Shown: one piece after another, positions 11,074 to 23,600 of the stretch
Numbering within the stretch: the first letter of the stretch is position 1
Layout: each line of letters opens with the position of its first letter
Assembly: GCF_000143415.4 (NCBI RefSeq)
Contig: NW_003314433.1
Span: 109,375 to 173,374 of the forward strand
Source: Selaginella moellendorffii
Taxonomy: Eukaryota > Plantae > Lycopodiophyta
DNA: 64,000 nt
Reading direction: 5' to 3'
Made by a program: the position numbers and the translations under genes
Notes under the pieces: generated by a model
Told to the model about the DNA's origin: nothing
The model's input: only the letters and a program-made list of their open reading frames with translations
Databases searched by the model: none

Positions 11074-13883
11074 AAGAACTTTGCCAAGCCCAAAGTCGTT
11101 GATGTTAAGCTAGGCCGTGCTTGAAGCGCGTGATGATGATCATGAAAGTTCCTGTCGAGATGCTCGGTGGATTCTCCGTGTCTCCAGCTAGAGACTTATC
11201 GATCAATCCACAGTGTGCGGCAGCCGTCGTTTTGCTCGATCGCTCCCTCGTTTGCAAAAGCTCGGACTTGACGATCCTTCTCTTTCTGCCATGGATTCCT
11301 CCATGAAGAGACCACCGAGCCAAGTTGCGAGAGTGAGGTTAAGCTGTAGTGATCTTACGGACATCCTCTTTTTGGATTGCTTCCTTTTTTACTCCTTGTA
11401 TCGTATCGACACTGTTGTAGAAGAAACAAACGAGTTTTGGAGGTAGCAACTTCCCTTCCATATGATTGATACATGAAGAACAAGACATCGCTTGCAAGTG
11501 GAAGATCACACGGGAGATGTTTGGAGTCAAACTGGAACTTTCGTGATTGTTACGAGCACCTCCCCTGAATCCAGCACCACACTATCTATCTGGTAATGTT
11601 TCAAAACGAGTAAACTAATCAGTGTTTGTTGGGAATGAATGTTTGTGCTGCTTGGCCACTTGCACTGCGGCAGCAGAGGAGGATGTTTTGCGGCAACTAT
11701 ACCCGACTAAATCGAAGTACTTTAATTGCAATTTGCAAGATCACAAGTACTAGTCCTGAAGAAAAACAGCGAGATGTGCTTATAATCAAGGCATTGTTGC
11801 AACGCAAGTGGAAATTCACTATGTTTAGCTGGGCTTTCTGGGGATGCTTCATCTGAATCACATAGTGTCACCTTGCCGTATGAAAAAGACAAGAGAAAAA
11901 TTCTTACTCACTAGAGTTTGGCAATTTTACTTTAGCTGCTACAATTTTTCCATTGTTGATACTCATTGTAGCTTCATTCAACTCCACACTTTTTTACTTG
12001 ATTAGAGATGTAAAGTTTTGTGTCAAGTTCTAAAATTTTGTCTATAGTTACAAAACCACAAGGTTATCCATAAATGGATTGATATTACTATAAACAATTA
12101 AAGAAAACAATTTGAAAGTCGATCAATAGGGTTCAAATATAAAAGGAAATGGCTCATGAATAAAAATACATTTTATTTTCCAAATGCACTTATTTTTCCA
12201 ATCGGTTAAAGGTTTTGGGATATTTGGGGTTAAGTGTCTCTAGGTTGGGTGACTTCCCGGGAATTTCAAATTCAAGAGTTTATAATTACTTCAATGTAAA
12301 GGTATAATTTCAACTTCTCTTTCTTCCTTTCAGCTTCTTTTTTTTGCTTTTCAATATGTAGTGAGTGAAATGCTTTCACTCGTAAGTTTTTTATAGGTGA
12401 GTGAATAAAATTTGTATAACTTACTTTTCCAAAGTTACATTTAAGATGGCCAAGTGAGCAGTGTGATGTGCTCTTACAACCAAGTGAATAGTTTCTTAAC
12501 TTGTGCTAATTAGAGTTTGCTCACAGATATAATACAAAATAAATGGGGATGCAATAAATTTATTCATTTCTCTCCTCGAGATAAATCATTCGTTTACTTC
12601 TTGTTAAATATATAATTTTTGATTGTGATGTTTTTCACTTTTCTTGAAGGGTGCAACATATACTCCCTTATCCAAAGATGCAGTTGTTGATTCCATGTTA
12701 TAGGTAAAAATTTGATAATTAGGATTGTTGCAAGTTTCAATATTAATTTTGGGACTAACTTCTAAAGTTTTACTGAGATTATTTTAAATTAATAAGTTCA
12801 AAACTTTTTTTGACAATCATAAGAAGTCAACACTTCAAGTTGGAAATATCACTAAGGTTAACCTTAACCATATAATATCCAATCTTATTACAACCAAATG
12901 TGGTTTAGATTATTCAATAGCAATCCAAACATTTAACCATATTCATCACTTGGAGATGCAATAATAATTATCAATAGTTTGCTTTAGATATTGCTTTCCA
13001 AGGAATTGTTCTCATAAAAAACAATGGCTTACTACTTTTATTCACAATCTTGAAAATTGTGGCTCTTATAGGAAACAATGTAAATACAATATACAGGCAT
13101 GAACTTGCAAAAAAGCATGATAGATTATAAACAACCAAAGATAATAACTTAAAAAATTATTAATATTGTTTCAAATATAGAATTTTACCCTTTGTTCCAA
13201 TTAGTTATAAGTCTTGAGTTATTTGAGATTAAGCATCTTTAAATAGTCTGATTATAGTGCCATAAATAATATAAGTTAATGTTTGTAAAGAACCTAGCAA
13301 AAAAGAAAACAATTTAAAATTAAACAACCTTTTAAAAATGAAATATTTACTAGAATGTTCAAAATAAGTATTTAGAAAGCATTTTCATTAGAGCTACTCT
13401 CAAGTAACACTTGATATGTTGTAAATGATTTCATAGTAAAAAATATTTTTATACTTCATTTTTAAAATAATTATAAGTGGTGTTTATTACATATTTTGTA
13501 GTTTGTAAAAGATGTCTACAGACACTCAAAAACCTTTTGCTGTTAAATTATTTTCATTCGAGCACTTGCTTATAATAGTTAAAGCATAATACAGTGTTTA
13601 GTTTTATGGGATGGCATATATATGTAATTGAAAAGAGTAAACAAATTTCTATATGGAGTTTAGTAAGTAAATAGAATTGTGAACAATGACAATTTTGATA
13701 AGTCTTTAAAGTGTAGTTTATAACATAGTTTAGCTAAACATTAATTTAAAAAATAAGTTGAAGTTAGTAAAGATAATATAAAGTTATCTCCTATAGTATG
13801 TGATGATAAATAACAATTAAGTACTTGTATTTAGTTTTGAAATGCATTACCTCAAAAGGTTTATTAATGTTAAATAACTTCAT

Positions 13884-14101
13884 TTGAGACACATAATCCC
13901 TAGGCCTAAAGTGGAGCAAAAAGGGTGCCATGTGGTAGTGGCCGAAGTGAAAGCCAAACGAGCGTAACACGTTTGGACTAAAAGGCTCCGACTTGAAATG
14001 TTAAGAGCGGGAGTGGAACTCCCAACGGAGTGCTCAAGGAACGAGCATGAAGCGAGCAATAAGCAAGGCTCCAAAAAGGGACCCAAAAAGGACTAACACA
14101 T
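13884..14101 (+). mobile_element. Truncated, diverged 5' ~220 bp of the long-LTR family found at 30202
   Basis: Matches 30203-30420 (gagacac..aagggtgccatgtggtagtggccgaag..gaccaacacat). It replaces ~54360-54650 of the paralogous flank. Confidence 0.8.
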
Positions 14102-15056
14102 AGTCTTTGTTAAATAAAACTAAAATCATAGATATATCTCAATGTAAAATACCTTTGTAAATCCATATTGTTTTATAATCCAAGGTTATAGGATGGATAT
14201 TAAAATATTTAGCCATGATTGTCTTTTAGTCAATTTCTTTCACAATTTTAGTTTTCATATCGAAATGTCATTAATATGAAATCATTTGATTAGTTTTTCC
14301 TTCACTTGGATTATTAAAAATTCAATACTGAAATAAACTTGAAACATTAGAATAAACATGAAATAATATTTTAGAGCAATAATGCAAACTTACCTCATTG
14401 ACTTCTATTACAAAATATAGCCTAATCATTCCAAAGACATATAACAATAACTATATAAAGCATATTTATTTACCTTCATCTTGCCAAATCACCTTGTAAA
14501 AATATAGATTGATGATCTGCTTTAGAATGGTGTTTGTTAAATAAAACTAAAAATTTAAATGTTAAATACCTTTGCAGACCTATATTTTTCTTTCTTCTAG
14601 GATTATGAGATGAAGAGCAAAACATATAATTAATGATTTACTTTAAATGCCCTACATAGCGTTTGTTAGATAAAACTAAAAGCATGGATATATTTCAATA
14701 TAAAATACCTTTGTAAATATATATTGTTTTATCATCCAAAGTATGGGATAAAAAATAAATTATTTGGTAGTTTTTCCTTCATTTAAAGCATTAAAAATTC
14801 AACACTGAAATGAACTTAAAACATTAGAATAAACAGGAAAGAATAATTTGGAGTTATAATGCAAACTTACCTCATTAACTTCTGCTATAAAATATACCCC
14901 AATCATACCAAAGACATATAATAATAACTATATAAAGCATATTTATTTACCTTAGTTTTACCAAACCACCTCATAAAAATTTAAATTGATGATCTATTTT
15001 AAAATGGTGTTTGTTAGATAAAACTAAAAACTTAAATATTAAATACCTTTGCAGAC

Positions 15057-18000
15057 TCATATTTTTTTTCCCTCTAAGATTGTGAGATGAAGAGCAAAAT
15101 ATTTTTCCATGATCATCTCCTGCTTTTCTTCTTTCTCAAATTTAGTTGTCACTAGCTTAAATATCTTTTGTACATCTTCTACTTTGGGATTTGTAGTTAG
15201 TTTGCTTTTGAGAAGAAATGAATCCAAAAAACTTATGAGGCTTCCCTTGATTTCGTCTACTATTGCATTCACAGTCTCTCCAACACCAGCAAAATGTCCT
15301 CCAACTTTAGCCCCAATAAATAATAGAATCAATGTATATTTAAATACTGGAGCAAATTTCTTGAGCCAGTTTGGTGGGAGATCCACTTCAATACCTTCAG
15401 AACTCTGCACTTGATGAGCTTTAAAAGTTCCTTCAAGCTATTCACACAAGTAGTGAAGTTTAACATGTGTTCCCAATATTTTGTTGTAATTTTTCCACCT
15501 ATTATTCTCATCAAGAATATATGGATATTTTGGGCAATCTATCTCCAATTTCAATAATACTTGCAAACACTTTGTATGGATTGCATTCACTTTATCCATG
15601 ATAGACTTTAGTCCATTTTTGAGCTCGTTAAGGATTACTTCAATGTCATCAAGTTTTGTATCCAACTTGTCAAAACGGTTCTCCATTTTATCAAACTTCT
15701 TATCAAAATATCTGAAGATTGCATTGAGTTTTGAGTCTTCAATATTCGGAAACTCAACAACATCTGATGATACTTTGGGAATTGTGACTTCTCCAACCTC
15801 CTCATAGTCCTTCAAAAATTCATAAAGTTCAATAAACTTCTTTACCCCTTCATGTTTTTGCTCGTTAGGCATCAATAGCTTAGCCAAAGCATTCTCATCT
15901 GAGACTTTCAAATCGTTAATCACATCCCAACTCTCTACTTCATGTGAATCATTCCAAGTGTGAGAGTAGTCTAAACCGCTTTCTCTTGCTTCACATTTGA
16001 CTTGTTTTAATGGATAAATAACTGCATCCCATGATTTTGGTTTGCCCACATTATTTAGTATCCTTCTCCACACATAACCAATATTCTTCTTGCAATAGTG
16101 TTGGCATTATCAACTCTTTGGGCAAGTTATGCCAATTCCCATCCCATGTATCATCCCTAGGCAATATCACTCCCATCTCATGGAGCACTCCAAGAATGTA
16201 CTCCACTATTTTGTCTTGGTTCCCACATTGTTGCTTCAACTGATGTTTAACTCTGTGTGTTTCCATTTGACTTTTGAGTTTGCTTGTCTCAGTATGTATG
16301 AAGAGTTGCACCACATCCCTCATAAACCATTGGACATCTAAGATGACAAATTGAGACACAATGTCGTCCTCTTCATGTCCCAAGCCAAAGTAAATTGCAT
16401 CACCAGAATCATGTGGAAATTGCAAGACGAATTTGAGAACATTCTTGGAACTCCTGTGAGGCAAAAGGATTTTGCCAACTTTATCTAGGGGTATGACCTT
16501 CTTGTGACTTGGATCTTGTACCAATTTCCTCTTTGCTTTGAGACATTCCCGTGGTATTTGTTGCTGGGCTGACAGCAGTTCTTCCAAGCAACTCCCCAAC
16601 ATGGTTTTTATCCCCCTTAAATCTTTCACTCGAGTGGCCACCACCTCAAAACAAAGATCTGTCCCAAACTCAAGTACTTGCCCATAGCCTTTGTCAGAGA
16701 TTATTGCAGAAACCACGTCCTTTGGGTCATAGTTGCATTTTGGAGTGAAAAAATTCAAGGCAATCAAGACCTTGGGCTTCCTTTTGGGTGAGGCTGATTG
16801 ATGTGAAGCGATGAACCTCAGCCAGTAAACCAAATTCTGCTTGAAAACGTCACAATTGTCATCCTCCACCTTGCATACGATCAAGAAGAGATCCTTCTCA
16901 CTTCCTCTAAGAAAGTACTGGTGGAAAACATGGAACTCTTCCTGTCCAGCCAGGTCGCAAATGAGTAGCTTTTGTTTGGTGGTTGCATAGACAAGTGGTT
17001 GCAGCTCAATGCCTGCTGTTGAAGCATGCCTTTGGAGACATGATGGAAACCAAGACACTCTGCGGCAGAGGTTGTTTTTTATTGTGGTTTTTCCAACCCC
17101 GCTAGCACCACACAAGAAGAGCTTTGCTGTTGACGGGTTGTCAAAGTCTTTGAATGCACTCTGCTGGAAGATTGCATTCCGCTCTAAAAGACCAGAACAC
17201 CTCTGCTTGAAAGCTTCAGAAGCTTCGGAATCATTGCCTATATCAAGCTCTTCCACGAGGCTTTGGTAGTTTTCCTCCAGGGCAGCCAGAATTTGTCTTT
17301 TCTGTGCATCACTTCCAAGATCAGGAGCCCTGAATCTGCGCACCTTGCATTTTGGATCCCCCAGCAACTGGCAAAGATCTTCCAGCTTTTCAAAATTTGG
17401 CTGAGATATTCTCAAGTCTTCAATGCTGCTTCCCAAAAGGCACCTCCATGGCAGTTCCGAGTCACATATCAAAGATTTCAGATACTTGCACCTGGTGATA
17501 GCTTTCCAAAAGAGCTCCCCATTCGTGATTTTGCACTCCGATATACCCAAATGCTCCAGTTGGCTCTTCTCTATGCCCTCGGCAAACTCCAACGTTAACT
17601 CATCTTCTCCTCCCGCGCTACCCCATATTTCCAAATGGCGCAGCTTACAATGTGGACTTGAGAGAGCTGACCACAGACTGCTGTCCCAGACCATTCCTCC
17701 TCCCTCGTTGGGACAATCAAGGTTGAGCTTGATCAGCTTGCAATTGGGATTTTGTAGCGCTTTGCCCAACCATCCACCACCATCACCTGGATAAAGTCTA
17801 ACGCTGAGTTCCTCCAAGCCACACTTAGCGCTGCTCAGGGCCTCACCCAGGCCCGTTGCATTGCTCAGGTCCTCACTCTGTCTCATTCTTCGGCAATCTA
17901 AAACTGAGAAGCTGGTGCCCTCCTGAAGAGCCTTGCATACCCATGGCAACACTCCAGCATCAGTATCCCGAGATAGGTCTAGTCTTTGCAGTGAACAGTT

Positions 18001-18930
18001 TGGACTAGTGAGTGCCTTGAAGAGTGCTTCACCTGCCTCCTCTGGAAATGATGCCGTCAGTTCTACTAGCTTATTGCAAATGCCATTCTGAAATGCCTGT
18101 TCCCACCCTTCCTTGCCAATGTCCTTATCTAGGATGGCTAACTCTTCCACCTTGCACTCCTGACTTGCCAGATCCCTACTCAATTTCCCAAATCCTTCCA
18201 CTGTCATCCTGTTCGAAGCCAAGGCGAGACGTTTCAAGTTGTTTCCTGGTTTCCTAAGGAGTTGGCTAAGGAGAGTCTCTGGGTTCCCAACCTTGTCCAA
18301 CCCGAGCTCTGTCAAGCAGTCGAGCTGAGCAAAGGCCAACTCAAGCTCCTGAGGTGGTGTGAGGATGTCTTTGCCTTCCCAATAGATACCTAGCCCTTTC
18401 AAGACTTTGAATTCCTCTGTCATCATCAGTAGCTTTGCAAACCTCTGCACCTCAATCTGGCCAATATCTTGTCCCTGCTGAGGAGGAGCAATGCCCTCTG
18501 CCACCCTTTGCATCCGATCACTGGGAATGCCCAACCTACAAGCGACCCTGGCAGCGAAGTGGATGAATCTGATGTCGAGCTGTGGTACCAAAGCGGCCTT
18601 GAGAATGTCAATGTGAGCAGCAGCAGCAGCAGCAGACGAACTGCCATCACCAGGAGCATCTCCCACATCCAGAGCCCTGTCTAAACTGGGTGGATTTGAA
18701 ATGCACCAGTTGAGCACACCAACCAGATCCTCCTCTGTGCCTCCAAAACTCTCGACGGTAGCACTCACCTTATCAACAAACTCGCCTTCGGATAGCTCCA
18801 GCCTCGAGAAAAGCCCACAAGAAAAGCCAATCGCATTGAAGTGCCGCTTGTTGTCCCGCTTCGCTGCGAGAGCCTCCTTGATCTCCTTGACAGAGCCACA
18901 GCTGATCCACACTCGTCGCTCCTCCTCCAT
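15057..18930 (-). pseudogene. LRR-Roc-COR (TORNADO1-like ROCO) copy 1
   Basis: Ribonuclease-inhibitor (RI)-type LRRs, P-loop GASGVGKTT, DLAGQEEF and COR. A ~0.4 kb frameshifting deletion lies at ~16080 and a TAG at 15438-15440. Confidence 0.9.
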
Positions 18931-19350
18931 GGAAGTTTGCCCTGGATCGAAGGGTATTTACAGGTATTCCCAGAGGTATGGTGAGTCCTTTCTTCACTAT
19001 TGAGAGTGGCCCTGTGCCACGTGGCTAGTCCACGTGGAGAGACACGAGTCTTCACCGGTTCACCATGTGACACATATGTACATTTTCCATTCCATATATG
19101 CTATGACGGATCTTGAGCACCATCACACGGTTTCACCTTTCGTTAGATGGTATCGGAGCAATGCCTGGGAGAGCGCAAAGAATACGAAACCGTAGGATCA
19201 GGGCGACACTCGCTAGGGTGAATCGGAGCCTCCGTCTACGTAGACAGAGGCGTGCCCTAATCCAAGCGCTCCAGGCCTTGCAAGAGGCACTGGACGACTA
19301 AGAACCTGGACCTAGACTTGAACGAGTGGTGGGATTGGGTGTCGGCACCC

Positions 19351-20601
19351 ATGGCAGCCACTGTTCCTACAAATCCGCCTCCAAATCCACCACCTATTTC
19401 CCCTCCCATCACAAATCCGACTGTGCCTACAGCGGATATCATTTCAGTGGACGCAAATCCACCAAAATTTGATGGGAGGAACTGGCGCTTCTGGAAGACA
19501 AAATTCGAATCCTATATGGATGAACGAGGCCTCTGGGACATCACCACAGGAACTGAGACACTTCCAGATACAGCTACAGTGGATGAAACTGCGAAGTATC
19601 GCAAGAAGGACCGGAGAGCTTTGGGCAAATTCCATGCAGCGCTGGAGGGGCGAGAATTCCATTGCATTGGACGGTGCAAGAGTGCAAAGGAAGCGTGGGA
19701 GGCCATGAAGCAGACTTACCAGATCCCTTCAACATCCCATCGCATATTTTTACGGAAGCAGCTTCATGCATTGGTGATGGTTGAAGGGGATGATCTCAAG
19801 GATCATCTTGCTGGTGTGAGAACCATCTTAGATGATCTTAAGGATGTAGGTGCAAACATAGAGGATGAAGAAGAAGCAGAGCTGGTGCTCGTCACACTTC
19901 CTCCATCCTTTGATCCTCTCATACGTAGCCTCACTACCACTGGAACTCCTCTAACCCTGAATGGCGTGATCAGTAGCCTCCAGGACGATGATCTGAGACG
20001 AAGAGCAACAACAGGATCAGAGGCCGTTGCATTCTACTCTTCTCTCAGGAAAGAAACAGTGAACAAAGGGAAACAAGGAGCCTCTTCATCCAAGAAGCCC
20101 AAGTGTTCTCATTGCAACAAGAAAGGCCATGACGAAGCTCAATGCTGGGTGAAAAATCCATCTCTCAAGCCTGTAAGGAACAATGCAAAGAAAAAGGTGG
20201 TACACGCCTTCATCTTGTCACGAGCTATGGCTGTGGCAGCACTGTCTGCAGAGTGCATCTACCTGGATTCTGCTGCCACAGACCATATGTTCAACAGTGA
20301 TAAGTACTTTGAAGCCTATGTTCCTACAGCCACAGAGGAGTATGTCATCGTTGGCAATGCCCAGCAGCTTGCTGTGAAAGGAGTTGGAACCATCAAGTTC
20401 ACTTTACCACAAGGAATAGTCGTAAAGATCCACGAGGTTCTTTATATTCCTGGTTTATGTGCTAATTTGTTCTCTGTGGGACAATTTGCTGAGGATGGGT
20501 ATCAGTTCGCCATTACACCTCGCCAATTCCAGCTGATCTCGACCACAGGAGCCATCCTCACAGCGTCCCGGCCTGGACGGCGTGACCTCTACCGCCTTAC
20601 C
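19351..20601 (+). CDS. Outer Copia gag + protease, interrupted by the nested element
   Basis: Motifs PPKFDGRNW, zinc knuckle CSHCNKKGHDEAQC and protease YLDSAATDHM. It rejoins 25352 in frame (YRLT|MLPD) when the insert and one TSD are removed. Confidence 0.9.
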
Positions 20602-23600
20602 TGTGGTATTATGAAACGGTGTTGTGTTATTATTATGACGGTTGATACATGGTTAAATGTATGGGTTTATCGTGACGATCCGTGGCGGCGTCTGGATCGC
20701 TCACGTGGCTGTGTGCTGACGTGGTCTTGTTCACTCCCACACTCCTCCTCAAGGCCAACGTCTAAGGTCAGCCCAAGTGCCTTCGTGAAGACTTCATGTT
20801 TAACACGAGGAAGTGGTTTTGTTAGCACGTCCGCTAGCATGGAGTTTGTCGGGCAGAACTCCAGCTCGATCATTCCTCTCTGGATCTGGAGTTCTTGGTC
20901 AAAGCTATTGCAGACTGGTTGTCACACAATAGCTTGACCACGCCCGTGTTGATTTGTAGATCCTGGAGAAGTCCCTTCAGCCACGCTGCTTCCTTGGTTG
21001 CAGCTGCTGCAGCTATGTACTCAGCCTCGGTACTCGACATCGCTGTAATAGCCTGTCGTTTGCTGCACCAGCTTGCGACATTTCCATTTAGCAGGAAAAC
21101 GTAGCCTGTGGTTGACTTCCTGTTGTCTGGATCCCCGGCCCAATCAGCATCAGAGTAACCAGCCAGCTTGTTGCCGCTCTCGCCTCTGGAGTACTTTAAA
21201 CTTAGCTGGTTAGTCCCTGCCACGTACCTCATAATACGTTTCAAAGCCTGCCAGTGTGCTGTGGAGGGACGGTCCAGGTACTTCGCCACTGTTCCCACAG
21301 CATACGCAAGGTCAGGCCGAGTGGAGATTACCAGGTAGATCAGGCTGCCGACCATAGAGCGATAGACTGCTCTAGATGCTTTCTCCTCCTCGGGAGATTG
21401 ATCAAGGTACTCTCCACTCTCAGCAGATAATTTCGTGCCTGTTTCCATGGGAGTAGCAACCGGATTAACATGAGCAAGGCCATACCTCTGGAGCACGTCG
21501 GAAACATATTTTGCCTGGCTTAGCTCCAGAGTGCCTCGTTCCCTGTTGCGCGTCACCTGGATACCGAGGCAGAAATGCAACTCACCGAGGTCTTTCATGG
21601 CAAATTTAGCGCCAAGGTACGTTTTAAATTTGTGGATCAAACGTAGCTGATTTGCCACGAGAATAGCATCGTCCACATATAGCGCAAGGAACAAATAGCC
21701 CTCAGCGTCAAAATATATGTAGAGGTTACAATCAGCAGCACTGCGCACGAAACCAAGGGAAATTAGAAAAGAATCTATTTTCGTGTACCATTGGTGCTTG
21801 AGTCCGTAGAGAGCTTTGTTAAGCTTGCAAACGAGGTGTTCTTCTCCAGGCTGGATAAAACCAGGAGGCTGAGCCATATACACCTCTTCATCGATGTCGC
21901 CGTTAAGGAACGCAGTACAAACGTCAAGTTGATGGAGCTCGAGATCCAATTCTGCAGCTAAGATTAGTAGCATACGAATGGTTGTGAGTTTCACCACCGG
22001 GCTGTAAGTCTCCGAGTAGTCCAGCCCATGAACTTGAGAAAATCCGCGTGCCACAAATCTCGCCTTGTAGCGCTCAATGCTTCCATCAGCGTTGTACTTT
22101 TTCTTAAACAACCACTTGGATGAGACGAGCTTTCTGCGAGCTGGAAGTTCAACCAGCGACCAAGTGTTGTTTTTCTGGAGAGAATCATACTCCTCCTGCA
22201 TAGCTGCCTGCCAGTGTTCAGCTTCTGGTCCATGTAGAGCCGCTTGGGGACCGAGAGAGGCAGGTGGAGCCGACAGAGCCCAGAAGTAGGCACGCTTTCC
22301 TATAGGCATCGCCTCCTTGGCTTTAAGAGATGGTTTCACGACACGACCCGAGCGTGTCACCACTGCTGTGCCGGCTGGAGGAGGTGGTAGCTTGGGAATG
22401 CTAGGAGGAGTGGTGGCATCTTGATATAACTCGTCGCCAACGAACAGGTCAGCCACAAGCGTGGAAAGATCTGGCTGTTCATTGGTGCTTGAGGATGCAG
22501 CCGCTGTGGCCTGTGGAGTCGTCAGAGGAGGTGTCGAAGGAAGAGAAGTACCGTGATCAGCTCCTCCTGCCAGATCGCCTCCTTCGGGCGCTCCTTCAGC
22601 AACTCCTCCTGGCTCTGCAGCGGCTGGATTGTCTGGTGCTGGGTGGAGATGTGGAACGTCGTCCAAAATCTCAGAAAGATCCACCAGAGATGGTGGAGAA
22701 ACAGGAGGGAGTCTCAGGGTATCTCGATAAAGACGAGCTTCATCAAACACCACATCTCGGCTCACCACCAGTTTCCTGCGCTGGCAGTTATAGAGTCGAT
22801 AGGCTTTTACCTGGGTGTGATAGCCCATGAAGATGCATTTCTCGCTCTTGGGATCCAGCTTCCGCCGCTGAACATCGGGGATGTGGGCGTAGGCTATGCA
22901 ACCAAACACCCTCAAGTGCCCTAACTTGGGGCGCTTCCCAGTCCATACTTGAAACGGCACCTGTCCTGTGGAACGTGTTGGCAGCCGGTTCCGGAGGTAC
23001 ACTGCTGTGTTGAGTGCCTCTCCCCAAAACACCTTGGGCATGCCAGCGTGCTGGAGAAGGCAGCGTACACAGTCCATAAGTGTCCTGTTCAGGCGCTCGG
23101 CGACCCCATTCTGCTGCGAGGTGTGGGCTGCGGTGTACTCGTGGTGGATGCCAGCCTGAGCAAGAAATGCCAGAAACTCCTTGCTCATATACTCACCGCC
23201 GCCATCTGAACGTAGTGTCCGGATGGTACAGCCAGTGGCATTTTCTGCCCAGCTTTTGTAGACCTGGAAGTGATGGTAGACCTCTCCCTTGTGTGCCATG
23301 AGAACAGCCACCGCATAGCGTGAGTAGTCGTCAATGAACGAAACGAAGTACCGCTTGTGACTGAGAGTTGCTTCTGGCACATGGCACACATCCGTGTGTA
23401 CCAGCTGAAGAAATCCTGAGGCGCCATCTTCTGGACTTCTGCGTGGAAAGGGTAGTCTTGGCTGCTTCCCCAGTTGGCACGTCTCACATACTCCCAGTTG
23501 GCTGGCACCGGTGAGGGTAAAGTCATCAGCAAGCTTGTGGCTAGCAAGTAGCTGGATGTCGTGAGAATTGGCATGCCCTAGCCGAGCGTGCCAGAGCTGG

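Larger units (their letters stand above)
1..11461. repeat. Large inverted repeat (palindrome 1): left arm 1-5501, probably extending before the window; spacer 5502-7856; right arm 7857-11461, which lacks the ~3100-4920 segment
   Basis: Base 1 (atggaagggaagttgctacc) is the reverse complement of 11442-11461. ORFs mirror each other (16..249- vs 11213..11446+; 765..1022+ vs 10424..10699-). 5292-5501 is the reverse complement of 7857-8073. The arms carry different SNPs and indels. Confidence 0.95.
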
